A stretch of DNA of 64,000 bases. It comes from Squalus acanthias. Lineage: Eukaryota. The notes under the pieces are model-generated. The model was not told the DNA's origin and searched no databases. It saw only the letters and a list, made by a program, of their open reading frames with translations. Both the position numbers and the translations under genes were made by a program. Position 1 is the stretch's first letter. Each line of letters starts with the position of its first letter. This document shows, piece after piece, positions 23,168 to 38,100 of the stretch. The stretch is from assembly GCA_030390025.1 (NCBI GenBank), contig CM059434.1:33852001-33916000 (forward strand), written 5' to 3'.

Positions 23168-26100
23168 CTGAAAAGCAAAATAAAATGAAGTGACCTCTTG
23201 ACCATTGTAACATTTAGTTCCCTCTCTGAAACGTGCCAATCAAGTATTAATGGCATTATTTAGCTACCAGCACTTAACATAGACTTTCTGCTGTTGTGCC
23301 GCCATAGCTGCATCAAAAGTGTGGCGGAAACCCCCTTTACCCCTTTACCCACCACACTTCCAGTACAGTTACGATGGCGGAGCAAGAGTAGCTCCAAGGA
23401 AATTCCAGGCATTTGTCTTTTCTTTTGCAATGTATTGATTTATCTTCCCTGTTCAGTCTCTGCAACATGTGCCATCCACAGCCACAAAGAGGATGGACAG
23501 GCAGCCTGTTCCCAGACTTCTGCCAATGCCATTCTGTACCCAGCCTCTGACCTGTGAAAATGGTTACCGGTGACTCTCGTGCTGATGTTCATTAATCCTG
23601 GTGGGAAGTTCCTACCACCTCGCCAACCAAATTTATTGTTAAGTTTATTGTGTATATCTACTCATCAAGGTGAGGTGTTTTGGGGCTAGAGAATGGAACA
23701 TGTCACTTTTGTTGACTCTGTCCTAGTTCTACTGCACCAATAAATAGTTTCAGGAGAGCTTAGAGTCCTCCTTTTAACTTGTTACCATTTTTAAAAGTTA
23801 ATTCAGTTGTGATTTGTGCAGGAACATCTCTCTAACAATGTTAACTGAACAGCGTCCTGAAACCCCCCCCCTCCCAATCAAAATGAAAATGCACCTAATC
23901 ATAACCTTCTGACTCTTGAGGCAAGAATACTACCAACCAAGCCAAATTGACAATCACCATTCTTTTCTATTTTGAAGTGCAGCTAAACATGCTATGCTTG
24001 TTGGAGAAGCACATTATTACCTCAGTGCCCTGCTAAGTTTCTCATAGGTCATACGGTCATTCTTTTTTCTTTGACCCCACAGTTTTGCCAGAGAATCAGA
24101 CTTTACAACTCTGAAAATTCCTTCATTTCTGTCTTCCCATTCCAAAACGCCGTTATTTTCTTCAGGAGTCAGGAGAAGATCTCGAACAAATTCCCAAAGA
24201 TGCTGACTTTGCAAACCTTAGGGAGAAAGCAGAAATAAGAATCTTGTTTTCCAGGATATCTTATTAGGTCTTGGAAAATACAAATATTCTCTCTTCTACA
24301 TCCAATGTAGATAATAGGTTGGCCAACAGCAATGTCAGTTTCATGCCTAAATGGTTAGTTGCACTGTGTTCTGAAACAAATGACTTAATTGAATTAATCT
24401 CAGTTTGGGTTTTGTGGAATATTTTTACTATTTAAAACTTTAAATGCCAATCACCTCTAACTCGCTGTATTCAAAATATGTGGCTTTATTATTCAAATAA
24501 ATTACACAGCCAAGGGAAATGCATGGTGAGTTATTATCCTGGAACAATAAAACAATAAGGGGTAGAAATTAGGTCGCGCCCCATTTGGGGCGCAAATATC
24601 GTCCGGACGCAAATATTAGCGCCTGGCGCTAATTATCGGCACTGACGGGAAACTTCACTTTTACCGCCCTGGGAGGTGAGTGGAGCGCTAAAGCAGGCGC
24701 TGCACACCTCTCTTAAGGCGCAAAGGCCGAGCAGTGAGGCGCTAACTCGGAGCGCTGGCGAAGCTCATGTAATGTCAGTCAGCAATGGAACACACACACA
24801 ATGGCACGGGCCAGTTCTTAAAGGGGATGGTTAATCTTGCTTTCCATCCACATCCTGTTCATTGCTGCCTTGAATCTCGGCCTGGAGAGACTTGCACATC
24901 AAATGTGCTGGAAAGAACAATGGAGAGCACCAGGCAAAGAGCTCAGAGTGCAGCTCCCACGGTCTCTGCTAAATCGATACAAGGAATGGCAAATCAAAAT
25001 GAACCTGCAAAGTGCTGCTCAGTACCCAAAACTCCTTCACACAACGTTGAATCTCTCCAGAAGTCTCTCCCTCTCTCTCTCAGAATGCGTAGTTCAAAAA
25101 TGCCACCAACAATAAAAGACAGGAAGAGGCCCCCTTTAAATAGCGCCCCCCCCCCAGCCCCACAGCGATTGATAGCGTTCCAGTCTTCTGGTCATTGGAA
25201 GCGCCAGGCGGTAAGGCAGGGGGCGCCACTCAATTTCCGCTACGGGGCGCCCCAAGGGCGTTGCACCATGGAATGACGTCACAATCTGCACGCGCAGGTG
25301 GTCGCAGCGGTAAGTTTTAGCGCCGCCGCACAATCTCAAGTTAAGTTCTCGAGCGGCGCAAACATCGCTGCGCCCGGGCATTAGCGACTTTGCGCCCCAT
25401 TAGCGCCCTCTTAAGGCGCTAACGGGTGGCGCAACCAAGTGAATTTTTACCCCAAAGTATTTTATTAGTTTAGAGCAACAGAACAAACAGGCTAATAAAC
25501 CAACGAATGCAGAAAAAATAAAGAGTGCAGAATTCTCAGGACACTATGCCCATGTTGTGTGTTCAGTCCCAGATAGATTGAAATCTGATGAGGTCATGAA
25601 CCCCTAGGATTCCCTTACAGACCACCTAGGAGCTGCGGACCCCTTTATGGAAACCTATATTGTAGAGAGATGAAGAGAAAAACATAAAGTAATGTTTTAT
25701 AAGCAGACAGAATATAAAAGCCACTGGGGCTAAATTCGCTCGCCCCTGGAAACAGGCACGGGGATCACGATGCGTGATTAACCCGCGCCCGTTGATTGCA
25801 ATGTAGGCAGCACGCCAACTTCGTGCTGCCTGCTCATTTGAATGATTTCAGTGTGCAGCCAGCGCTAACCGTGCTGTTCATTGGCTGCACGCATCAGCAG
25901 TGGATCCAAAATCGTAACTTCCTAGCACAACTTAAAGCTAGCCTGCACTGCTTAAAGCTAGCCTGCACCTCTTAAAGGTGAGGTGCATTGTGGCTGGAGC
26001 AGGTGCTGGCAGTTGTTTAGGAAGTGAATCTGACCTGGGAAACAATGAAGAATGGCACAACATGGGAGAGAGTGCCAGGAGGCCATCCAGACACACACAC

Positions 26101-29100
26101 TCAGAAGGCAGTGGGACCAGATAGCCGTGGAGGTCAATGCCAGGAGTCAACCCCCGAGGACCAGGATCCAGTGCTGCAAGAAATTCAATTACCTCACATG
26201 AGTGGTCAAAGTCAGTGAATGCATCTTCAAATGCCATATCCTACCAACTGCGCCACTAGCCTCAGCTACTGCTCAATTCATCACATCCCCAGCACTCACT
26301 TATCAACAATCTCTATCAATCAGGCTTCATACCTAACATTCATATGCTTCACCTCGCCCTCACACACTTAGCACTGCTACAAGCCTCACACACACATTTC
26401 ACAGCTTGCACACACTGCCAGCTATTCAACCTTGACAGGCACATCACCTAAACTCATTGCACCACACTCACTGACACACTTCCCTCTCTCTTGCAGGACA
26501 AGGTGGTGCACAATCGGAGGCAGCAGGAGCTAACTGGTGGGGGTCAGGTGCGCCTGCATGTTCTAACCCCCATGGAGGAGACGGTGCTGGCCATTATTGG
26601 AACGGCTGTTGCTAAGGACATGGCCAATGGCGGGGCTGAAACCATTGAAGATGACAGTATCTTCATACATAATACCTAATACTCTCTCTCTCACATCCCA
26701 CTTCCCCCTCGTCCAACAATCTCTTATGATTTACAAGCTGCAGATGATGTAATAATGCCCCCCTCCCCTCACCACAACCGTACCCTTGTGCCTTTTTCCT
26801 TTCAGATACCCAAGAACAACAACCTGCCCAGGCAGTGGTGGAAGAGCAAGAAGACAGTGATGATGAAGACAAACTGTCACTCGATTTCACACTCGCAGCC
26901 ACCCGCTCAGGTATTCACACTGCGCGTAATTTAGAGGACAGTATAGAGGCAGAGCGGCAGTGGTGGCACACGGAAGACAGGCACTTAGGGGGATGCACAG
27001 GGTGATTAGTTTACATTTGTATACAATATGGCATGCTTTGATTTGTAAATTTGGTTTGGAATGTTTATTTTGTGCTGGCTGTTATTTTTGCATTGTGGCC
27101 AAGCGGACGCTGTGATGGTCAGTGATAGAGGGAAGGTAAGGTGTGAGACTGTTGGTGAATGGGGAATTGGGATTGGGGTTACTAGTATCGCACTCGGGTG
27201 AGTTCTTCACGCACACCCCGGGCNNNNNNNNNNNNNNNNNNNNNNNNNNNNNNNNNNNNNNNNNNNNNNNNNNNNNNNNNNNNNNNNNNNNNNNNNNNNN
27301 NNNNNNNNNNNNNNNNNNNNNNNNNNNNNNNNNNNNNNNNNNNNNNNNNNNNNNNNNNNNNNNNNNNNNNNNNNNNNNNNNNNNNNNNNNNNNNNNNNNN
27401 NNNNNNNNNNNNNNNNNNNNNNNNNNNNNNNNNNNNNNNNNNNNNNNNNNNNNNNNNNNNNNNNNNNNNNNNNNNNNNNNNNNNNNNNNNNNNNNNNNNN
27501 NNNNNNNNNNNNNNNNNNNNNNNNNNNNNNNNNNNNNNNNNNNNNNNNNNNNNNNNNNNNNNNNNNNNNNNNNNNNNNNNNNNNNNNNATAGCTGGTGGC
27601 AAGAGCTGGGCCCTCATGATGGCGAGGTTGCGCAGCGTGCCGCAGACCACTACGAATCTTGACACCCGCTCTGCCGAGTACTGCAGGGCTCCTCCAGAGC
27701 GGTCCAGACAGCACAAGCGTTGTTTCAGCACGCCAATGGTCTGCTTTATCACATTGCGTGTGGCAGCATGGCTTTCATTGTATGCATGCTGTGCACGTGT
27801 GCATGGGTTGTGCAGTGGAGTCATGAGCCGTGTCATCGGCACGAAGCCCTTGTCGCCCAGTAGACATCCTTTGGTTTGTCTTGGTGGCTCAAATGTATAT
27901 GGTACAGCGGACTGCCACAGAATAAAAGCATTATGACTGCTGCCAAGATACATAGAAACATAGAACATAGAAACATAGAAAAATAGGAGCAGGAGTAGGC
28001 CATTCGGCCCTTCGAGCCTGCTCCACCATTCGATATGATCATGGCTGATCCTCTATCTCAATACCATATTCCCGCTCTCTCCCCATACCCCTTGATGCCT
28101 TTTGCATCTAGAAATCTATCTATCTCCTTCTTAATTATATTCAGTGACTTGGCTGCCACAGCCTTCTGTGGTAGAGAATTCCACAGGTTCACCACCCTCT
28201 GAGTGAAGAAATTTCTCCTCATCTCAGTCCTAAATGTCCTACCCTGTATCCTGAGACTGTGACCCCTCGTTCTAGACCCCCCAGCCAGGGGAAACATCCT
28301 CCCTGCAGCCAGTCTGTCTAGCCCTGTCAGAATTTTATACGTTTCAATGAGATCCCTTCTCATTCTTCTAAACTCTAGTGAATACAGGCCTAGTCGACCC
28401 AATCTCTCCTGTGATATAATACTGGGCATTGACCTGCATGATATGGTGCCTATATTTGCACACCAGCTGGAAGTTGAAGGAGTGGAATACCTTTCGGTTG
28501 CGGTACATCTCAGAGTTGACATGTGGTGCCGGCAAAGCGATGTGCATGCAGTCAATGGCACCCTGCACCATGGGTAGGCCTGCAATCCTAGCAAAGGCGC
28601 ATGCCCGCTCTACCTGCTGGTCTCTGGCAAGAGAGAATGAAGTGTAGTCGGCTCTCTTTCAATAGAGAGCCTCAGTGGCCTCCCTTACGCAACAGTGGAT
28701 GGCAAATTGCGAGGTGTTGCAAATACCTCCAGCTCCAGCCCGGAAGGAGCCAGACATATAAAAGTTCAGTGACACGGTCACCTTCACAGCCATTGGCAAT
28801 GCGGTCCTTGCCCTGCTCTGAGGTTGCAGTTGTGGCTGCAGCAGGTGGCAGATTTCAGTGAGGCCGTCCTTACTCAAGTGTAGACGTCTTGCACATTGTT
28901 CCTCGCTGAGGTTCAGGTAGGAGAACTGTTACCTGAACACCCTGGGAGGATATGACCTCCTGCTGAGAGCCCTTCTCCCCCTCCTCCTTCTTCTAGCAGC
29001 TTGACCTGCCCTGCGTGGCCTCTGTTCATTCTCCAGCCATGCTGTATTCCAAGGGGAATTCCTACTAGTGCACCCATGTCTGGCAGCAAGTGGTTTGTGC

Positions 29101-32100
29101 AGGAGCCTTGAAGTCAACAAAACGTCTTTCAGCACCTGCCACACCATGCCCTGCAGACTTTTGCAACTTGAAACAACTATAGAAATCACCAAACACTTGT
29201 GGAATCATGCCAACAGCCAGAAGAAATCAACCAGCAACTAACCTGTATGTGGTTGATGATCCCTTTAAATAGCGTTCGTGGGGGGGCCCTTTTATACTGC
29301 TGAGTGCGTGTTCATCTGTGCGAGGTTAGTTGGAGCATTGAGCTTCAAAATGGCACCACTGACGTCCAATCAGAGTTGCACCCTGATTGACGTCATGAAC
29401 TGCCAGCTCTGCATACTTCCGGTGAGCGTTCATTGCACGCGTTCTAACGCCATCACCAATATGGCGTCCGGCGCAATTTTCCTCACAGGTGTGCATATGC
29501 ACCACAGACGCCATATTGGAGCCCTAATGGCACTTGTAGCGCCCAAAAAATGGGCACTAACGATCCCAATTTTGCGCCGACTATGTCCTGGAATGAGTTA
29601 AATTGGTCTGAGTTCTTTTTTGATTTGGATTAATTTCATCACAGCAGTGTGATCAGTCATCTATATGTTAATAAGAACTATGGGGCAAGAAATTGGGCAT
29701 CTTCGCGCCTCAGTTACCGAAGATCGTCTCCCGCTATATTCGGCGGGAGGTTTGCGGCGGCGGTATGGCGTTGTGCCCCGATCTCCTTCGCCTGGAGATC
29801 ATGACGTCATCGCCGTGCGCATCGCCCCAGTCGCGCCCCGGACCCGGACTTCGGTTCCACCCCCTGCAGCATCGCCGGGCGAAAACACTGGCAGCTGCAG
29901 GAGGCGTTCATCGGGAGGCCGAGCACTTCGAGGGGCGATACTTAAAGGCGAGGTGAAAAAAATTCTGAAATGCTGTTTCTCATTTTTTTTCCTCTGCTGC
30001 AGTGCATCGGGCTGATCGGGCCGGATCGCGGCTGCCGTCGGGGACCAGGTAAGTTTTGCCCTTGCAGAGCCTGCAGCGATGACCCTTCCCTACCGCCCCG
30101 CCTGCTGCCTGTTGCGCTCCAGGAAGGAAGTGGAACGCTTGATTTAGCTCTCCACCTCCTTCCTGGAGCACAAACCCCGAATTTTTTAAAAGTTGAAAGA
30201 CATTTGCGCCTGGCGCTAGTCCTTTCAACTTTTAAAAGTTAGCGCCCCAAACGGGGTGATACCGAATTTTTTCCCCCAGGGGCTTTTGTGTGAGGAAAGA
30301 TCTTGTTTGCTTTTAGCAACAAAGTACAATTGTTCTGGTAACATGTCATTATGAGGACATCATCACCTCAGTAATCCAACAGACAATTTAATAATTACAG
30401 CCCACCAATTGTAATTAACATAATAAATTCCTCTTTAAAAAAACTACCTAATCTTGAGAAGGTAGCCTAACCTGTCGAACAGGTTTTCCTCACACAAATT
30501 CGTCTGAAAGGGTAACGTGTTGGAAAGATGCCAACATCTACACCAGCCTGTTCAGTTCAGTGGGAGTTATAAACAATTGCATATCAGAAATGCCCCACTG
30601 TCTGAGTATGTCTTTATTAGGTTTCAGTTACAGGTATTAAAGCATTATTAGTAATTAGATTATTTATTTGATGTTGTGATTAATTAGCCAGAACCCTAGT
30701 TCCCAAAAGGGATCCTCATTCATAAAACACTGCTCCCAGAATTTGCTTCATGCAATTCATCTACAACAACAAATTTATGTTGATATAGTGACTTTAACAT
30801 AGGAAAATGTCCTATGGTGTTATGGAGAAGAGCAAACACAGAGTATAAATGCTAGAAGTTAGAAGAGGTGACCAAAGATAAAGTCAAATGGGTAAGTTTT
30901 GTAAAGGCACTTAAAGGCAGGGAAGAGGAAGCTAGGTAGAGGGTTGTAGAGAGGGAGTTCCAAAGTGTGGGGCTGAAACAGCTGACAGCTCTTCCACCGA
31001 CCGAGGGAGCGGGATACACAGGAGACCAAAGGTGGGGAACAAAGGGCTCTGTTCGGACATGAGGATGGCGGAGATCCGTGAAGGGATTATATACAAGGAG
31101 GAGGAGGAGGATTTTGAAATTGATTCACTGGGGGATGGGGAGCCATTGTAGGTTAACAAGGATTAGATTGATCAGCAAACAGGATTTTGTGTTGGACAGG
31201 ACTCAGCTGGAAGAGTTTTGGATGATTTAGAGTTTGTGTAGTGTGATGCTCAAGAGGCAGATGGGGATTGGTGCCCCAGCGATGACCATATGAGGTAGGA
31301 GAAGCCATTGCTGGAAATGTACTGGCTGCATTGGGACAAATAAGAGTGGAACCACACAAGGGAAGTCCCATGGAGAAGGGATATTTGAGAAATCAAGTCT
31401 GGAGCGAATGAAAGCATGGATAAGGTTTCAGCTGCGAGGTACAAGATAGTAGTGAAGGCAAATGATGTTGCAAAAATGTAAGAAAGCAGTCTTTGATAGT
31501 GGCTAGAGTATGAGGTTCAGCTCTGGGTTATGCAGGACACAGAAGTTACACACAGTCTGGTGCAGCCAGTTGGGAGAGGAGATGAAGTCAATGATGAGGG
31601 TACAGAGTTTTTAACATGAGGCAAATACAAAACAATATTCTGACTCAACCGCACCTCGGTGTTAGAAAGGCAGCCAGACAGGACAGATATACTCTGGAAC
31701 AGGAGACTGGCGAGAAGGGCCTTAGAGAAATTGAGTCTGGAGGTAAGAAAATTATGGACGAGGATATCAGCAGTGGTGGTGGTGAGATAAGGATAGCGGA
31801 GGGCAATCGTGTGAAGTGAAAATAAATGGTCTTGCTAAGGAACTTGAAGATCAGCTTAGTTTCAATGCGCATCTAACAACTGTACAGAGTTCTTAGTCTG
31901 GCATCAGTCTTACCCATGTTTAATTGGAGGAAGTTCTGGCTTATTTGTGACTTGATGTTGGACAAGCAGTCGAACAACACAGAAACAATAATGACTAAAA
32001 GGTAAAAGTGGAAAGGTAGGGCTGGGTGTCATCTGCATGCCTATAGAAACCAACCCTACACCTACAATTAATGTCACTACGTGACAACATGTAAATGAGG

Positions 32101-35100
32101 TTTGGGGTGAAATCTTGAGGTACACCAGAGATGACAGGGCCAGGAGGAGAAACCACTGCTGGAAATGTGTTGACTGCTTTAGGACAAGTAGGAATGGCAC
32201 CATGCAAGGGCAGTCCCATGAAGGTAAATCATTGAGAAGAGTGACATGATCAACTATGTGAAAGATCACGAATAAGTGAAGGAGAACAAAGAGGGATAAT
32301 GCATTGCAGTCACAAAGAGTATCATTGGTGACTTTGGTGAGGGTTGTATCAGTGCTCTGGATGGGGAGGAATGCCACGGAAGTGATTCCAATAGAGCTGT
32401 GAGAGAGGTGAACACCAAATTGGGAGACAATGACACATTCAAGGACTTTGGAGAGGAAGGAGATGTTGGAAATGTGATAGTAATTGGAGTGGACATAGGA
32501 ATTGAGGGTGGGAGTTCTGGGGAGGAAGCTGATGACAACAGGTTTGAAGGAGAGGAGGAAGATGCTTGAGCAACAAAAAAAATAGAATTCCAATGTCATG
32601 AGAATAGGAAAGGTAATTGGGTAGCCAAAGGTTGGGTGGGAAGAGGATCGAGGGAATAGGAGGCGAGTCACAGAAGAGATGATCTTGGAGAAGCCGGATA
32701 GGGAGAAGGAAGAAAAAGTATAGGATAATACAGTGCTTTGGGGATGGATGAGTGCGGGTTTGAGGTTGGGTTACACATAGGGGTGAGGAGAGAAGGAGGT
32801 GACAGCAGAAACAGTTGTGTAGATGATCTCAATTTTGGAGGCAAGGCAGCCCATGAGTTCCTCACACTTAGTATTTGTGGTACGAGTGGAAGGACCAGGG
32901 GAGTAGGGTCAGAGAAGGCCGCTTGCCTTGAGAAAACGAATCTGAGATTGTCCGTACCCTCCAGGGTGATCCTGGAATGCTAACTCACCAACTTCTGTTT
33001 TTGCAGAACTATGGCATCCTCGGCTTCTTTTGTAAACTTGTGACTTTTGCCCAGAGCTTGAAGTGCCTTAAAATGGAATATACAGATTAGTGAAACATTT
33101 ATTGCGTTTAAAAAAAATTATTTTTACACTTTTTATTTTTTCTTCTTTTATGCAATTCCTCCCATTCCAAGTAGCTTTCACTGGCCTCCCCTGAGCCACA
33201 GCTTTGGACAAGGAGAAAGAGAGTGCCTGACCTCATCAATGGCATTCCATTGACCAACCAACATGAGGCGTGCTTGCTTTCTGTCCTCAAGTACTGCAGC
33301 CAGGCACTTAGCTTCTCCCCAGGTGAGAATACCACCAAATAATGACTGATTCCATCCTTAATTAGTTTACTCATATATTTTAAAAAGCTTACAACATATA
33401 GGTCACAAATTACTTCTTAGATATTTCCCCTGCTCTTGCTACAATGCAGTACACTTAATGTCTCATCCAATGGGCTGGATTTTCAATGACCCATGGAGTC
33501 GGGTTTGGAGGCGTGTGGGGGGGTTAAAGTTGCAGATTCAGGGGTCCCGACCCCATCCCGACTCCATTCCGCCTCCACGCAATTTTGACAAAATCAGTCA
33601 CGGGGTTCCCGACTCCGTCCCGCCTCCAAGAGGTGGGAGAGGCCATTAAAGCCCTTAACAAGCCCTAAATTGGCTCTGTAATGCCATTTTGAAACGTTTT
33701 AGCTAGTTTAACCCTTTTCCGACGTGAAGTACGCCGATGTGAAACACGCCAGTGAAACCTGGCGGGAGCACAAGTGGATAGCTGACTATCAGCTGCAGGT
33801 CCACTATTACAACGGAGATGTGATGAAGGTAGTAGTAGTATTGTGATGAAGGTGTGTGTCTGTCTCTGTCTCTGTCTCTGTCTCTCCTCTCACACCAAAA
33901 GCCAGGCAGTCAGTCTCTGACCTGCAATGATGACATCATCAGAGGCGACTTTAACATGCTGGAACTCAATTACCCAATTAAGTGAAAATTGCATCATTCA
34001 TCCAGCCCAATATGTCTGGCATTTACATTTCTAACATTTACATTTCTTGGGATATTTTATGGAACATTTTTCCATTTGAACATTCAAGCTTAAATTTTCC
34101 AATCAGCACTGCCTGTTTTACTGGTATAAATTGGGCGGGCAGGATTGGAAAATGGGCCAAAGCCTCATTCTGCCTGAGCCCCACTCACTTTAGTGCCCAT
34201 TCAATTTCCCACCAACATTTCCGGTGGCAAGGGAAATGCCTACTTCAGGCAGCAGCTTCATTTGAATAATAATTATGGGGCATGTGTGTCCTGTACCCTA
34301 CTTCTCAACATTCTGTCAGGCAGGACATTGATTATCCCCATATTGAGCTGGGTTTCCAGGGTTTCTAGGTAATAGTAAATATATGGAAGTTCATTTACTC
34401 TCATCTGTGACGTGCTTTGGGACATCCTGAAGACTTGAAGGAAGTTATATACATGCAAGTTTTTTTTAGCCTGCCAATCATCCCAGCTGAAGGACAGCAC
34501 CGCATTGGAATATCAGCCTCGATTAGCATTTAACAAGAACAACTTGCATTTATATAGGATAGCAAAATACTGCGGATGCTGGAAATCTGAAATAACAACA
34601 GAAAACGCTGGAAAAACTCAGCAGGCCAGGCAGCATCCGTGGAGAGAGAAAGAGAGTTAACGTTTCAGGTCGATGACCTTTCGTCAGAACCTGACGAAAG
34701 GTCATCGACCTGAAACGTTAACTCTCTTTCTCTCTCCACGGATGCTGCCTGGCCTGCTGAGTTTTTCCAGCGTTTTCTGTTGTTATTTTGCATTTATATA
34801 GCACCTGCATCCCAAAACATTTCACAGAAGCATAAGGAAAATATATGGATGCCAAGCCAAAGAGGGAGTAATTAAAATGGGTGACCAAAAGCTTGGTCAA
34901 AGAGGTGTGCTTTAAGGAGGTTTTTAAAGAAGGAGAGGGAGATGGAGGGGTTCAGGGAGGAGATTCCAGGAACTAGGCAGGTGAAGGCACTTAGTTTCTC
35001 CCCAGGTGAGTTTACCACCAAATAATATGACTGATTCCATCCTGAATTAGTTTGCTCATATGTTTACACAAGAGGACAGTCAGGAATGGAGAGTGTGGGA

Positions 35101-38100
35101 GAGAGAGGCTGTAGGCTGGAGGAAGTTACAGAGGCAGGGAGAGACATGGCCATGTAGTGATTTAATCATGAGAATAAGAATTTTTAATTTGAGGCGTTGA
35201 GTAACCAAAAGCCAATGTAGGTCAGCGAGGGCAAGAGTGATGGGCCAGCAGGACGTGGTGCAAGATAGGATGCTGGCGGCAGAGTTTTGGATAAGTTGAG
35301 CTTTATGGAGGCGGGAAGATGGTAGGCCAGCCAGAACGCTGAGTAATCGAGTCTGGAGGTGAGAAAGGCAGGTGAAGATTTAGCAGCGAATGTGCTGAGG
35401 TAGGGGTAGCTTTTCAGCTCTGATACGTGGCTCAAATCAACAACCTTCCGACCTAGAGGTGGGAGCCAAATAATGGTGCAAAGTTCAGGGAGATATGAAA
35501 AAAGGGAAGAGAGGAATTACAAAATAATTCACCAAACAAAGAAAACAATTAGTTAAGAATTATATATAGAGATCACAACTGTGCAATCAGTGCTAAACAG
35601 ACCATGCTTTACTTACTTTCATCAATATGATGCTCTTTGTCCACAGAATTACTCACTTGAGACACCTCTGTTAAAGGAAGTAATGCAACAAATGTAATAT
35701 ATGTTTTCTAATTACTTTTTTGTGTGAATTTTATGCTCATCGAGGTTAGGGATGTTAGTGCTGGAGATTGGAATAGTTTCTATTTTGAGCATCCAGTGTT
35801 AGCTTCAAGCATTCCCACATCAGATCTAGTATAGTTAGATGAGAGTAAAGCTCTCTCTGCTTGGCTCCAACCATGTGCCTCAGCCGCAACTTCACAACAG
35901 AAACCAAACCGCACCAGTATTCGTTTACCATTCCCCACAACGGCTGTCCTGCAGTGCTCAGACTGTAATTGGCAATTTAATGCGAATTAATGGAAAATTG
36001 GGGCACTTTGGATTACAACCCAGGTGCCAGAGGTAATAGACCAGTGTTTTAATTAAAGCTTTAGGTAGTAAATGTCTTTATAGCTCCAGTATCCCGTAAT
36101 TAAATACTTTTGATCAATCACAAATTACTAATGGTAACATTGTAACCTTTTTTGTTGATAGTTTAATCATATATTTTTATTTAAATTGCAGAATGGACAA
36201 ACTGGACACATTCCCGCACTCAGCAATACGACAACACATTTGCATACAATTGACAGTGAAAGTTTAGTACTTTCAACAAAGTAATTAATCTGTCAGTTTG
36301 AAGTGTTCTCATGAGAATTTGATCTGAGTCATGATACAATGATGCGAGGACCAGAGGAATGCATCTTGCACAAAAAGCCATTGTCTGCAGATTACATGGC
36401 ATTGACAACAAGTCCTGAAAATATCTTTGCCCTTGCTGCTGAAGTGGCAAACACAAGGCTTGAAGAGTGACTCCCATTTGTACTGCAATAGGCACAGAAA
36501 TCAGTAAACGTTACCAAGAAGCAGTGACCTAAAAAAAAATTGGCAGCATGGTACAGAAATTTTTTTAATGTGAAATTTGAATGTCAGATGTTATGGGGAA
36601 CCTTCTGTTGTATCGATGCGAGCAGAAGCATTGTGTATATCTCCCGCTTTGCCTGATATATGTTGTGGTTTTCCTGTGGTAACCTTCCAGGTGACTGGGT
36701 CAAACAGCGAAGAATCGTTTTTCTCCAAGTTTCTCCCCAACCTGCTAAAATATTGCTGCTAAAAGATTGCTGGCGTACAAGGGCACAGCAATTTTTCAGT
36801 GCTTCAACTTGGTGGCCTTTCTTCAAGTGCGACTCTACATGGTGAGGCTCAGCTGACTGCTCAACCATGCTGGGGCGGGGATGGGGCATCACAGCTGAGC
36901 TCACTTCTGTCCTCACTTGGCATCCACACAAGCACACTTCCCAGCAGGGCCACTGTATAGTGATCGGAATCAGGAACCTGAGCTTGTTTTTCTCCTGACG
37001 TGCCAGGGATCATTAAGGTCAATTGTAGTTCCCCACCATCACCGTGGTTATGATCAGCTAATGTAGCATAAACCAAGGATTGAAGCTCTGACATTCTGGT
37101 CTGCATAGCTCAGTATCACACCCGGCAGTGTACTTGCCCACTGAGTTACTGAACGAGCCAAGAGAGCAAGCTTTTTCCCATTTCTTTTGTCATGGCTGTC
37201 AATTTTGTTTTTTTACTAACTGTCGAACTTCATGTAAATCAAAGGCGAAAGCTCTAACCTCGGCCTTTTATTTGGTGCAGAATATTGTGAAGGATCTCTC
37301 CATAATTCCCAGCTGCGCTGAAAAACTGCTGTTGAGTCATGTTGCAAAGCTGACTGCCATTAATATTGAACTCAGCGAAGGAAATGAAGTTTGCATCTAG
37401 TTTATACTGATCACAGCAGAACTGTAGCCATTCCCAAACCTGCCAATTACTCCACTGTTCAGGAACACTTGAGGTCCAGGATACATCAGAAACTGAAACA
37501 AATCACAGCTTTATCTTAACACATATCAGTTAAATGCAAATATACCAAAATCCTACTTAGAGGCATTCTTAACCATCATCATTTACACAGAGTACCAAAA
37601 ACACTGTTTTACTTGCCCCTCCCCCCACTGGTAACTACAAAAATCATGAAATAATGGCCCAGAAATTGGAGTTCGATGGTTGCCGCGGGGGTAAGGATCC
37701 CCCGCGATATCGCACTCCGCGCCTACCTTTATGGTTTTGGCCCACACGAACTTCAGTTCCTGGGCCTCTCCCTGGTGCCGGCGCGCAGTGTGTGCGTGTC
37801 CCAGAGGCGCAGTTAGTTCGATGCGACCTCTGGGATCACGTGGGTCAGTTAGAGCCAATGGCAGCACACCATCTTTCATTCATAGTTTTGACAGGAAGAG
37901 CTGTCAAAACTATGAATACAACAAGCCCCCAAAAGAACAGCTAAACCTCAATTAAATTTTATAAAAAAAGCCATCACATTAATAAAATAACTATAGTTAA
38001 ATAAACTAACCACTTTAAACAAAAATTAACATTTTTGAAAAAATTTAAATTCTTTTTAAAAGTTATAAAAATAAACTTACCTTGCTTTAAAGTCTCTAAA

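Larger units (their letters stand above)
25726..29579. mobile_element. Decayed full-structure Harbinger: Myb/SANT remnants on +, transposase on -; contains a CR1 insertion and an assembly gap
   Basis: TSD ACT, imperfect TIRs. Transposase motifs [12 protein letters not shown]...[21 protein letters not shown]...[36 protein letters not shown]. Myb-gene exon [17 protein letters not shown] near 26497. Confidence 0.8.

Noticed and set aside
27082-27968. Long ORFs of 149-253 aa in the ORF track
   Set aside because: Artefacts of reading through the N gap; only the Harbinger transposase part is meaningful.
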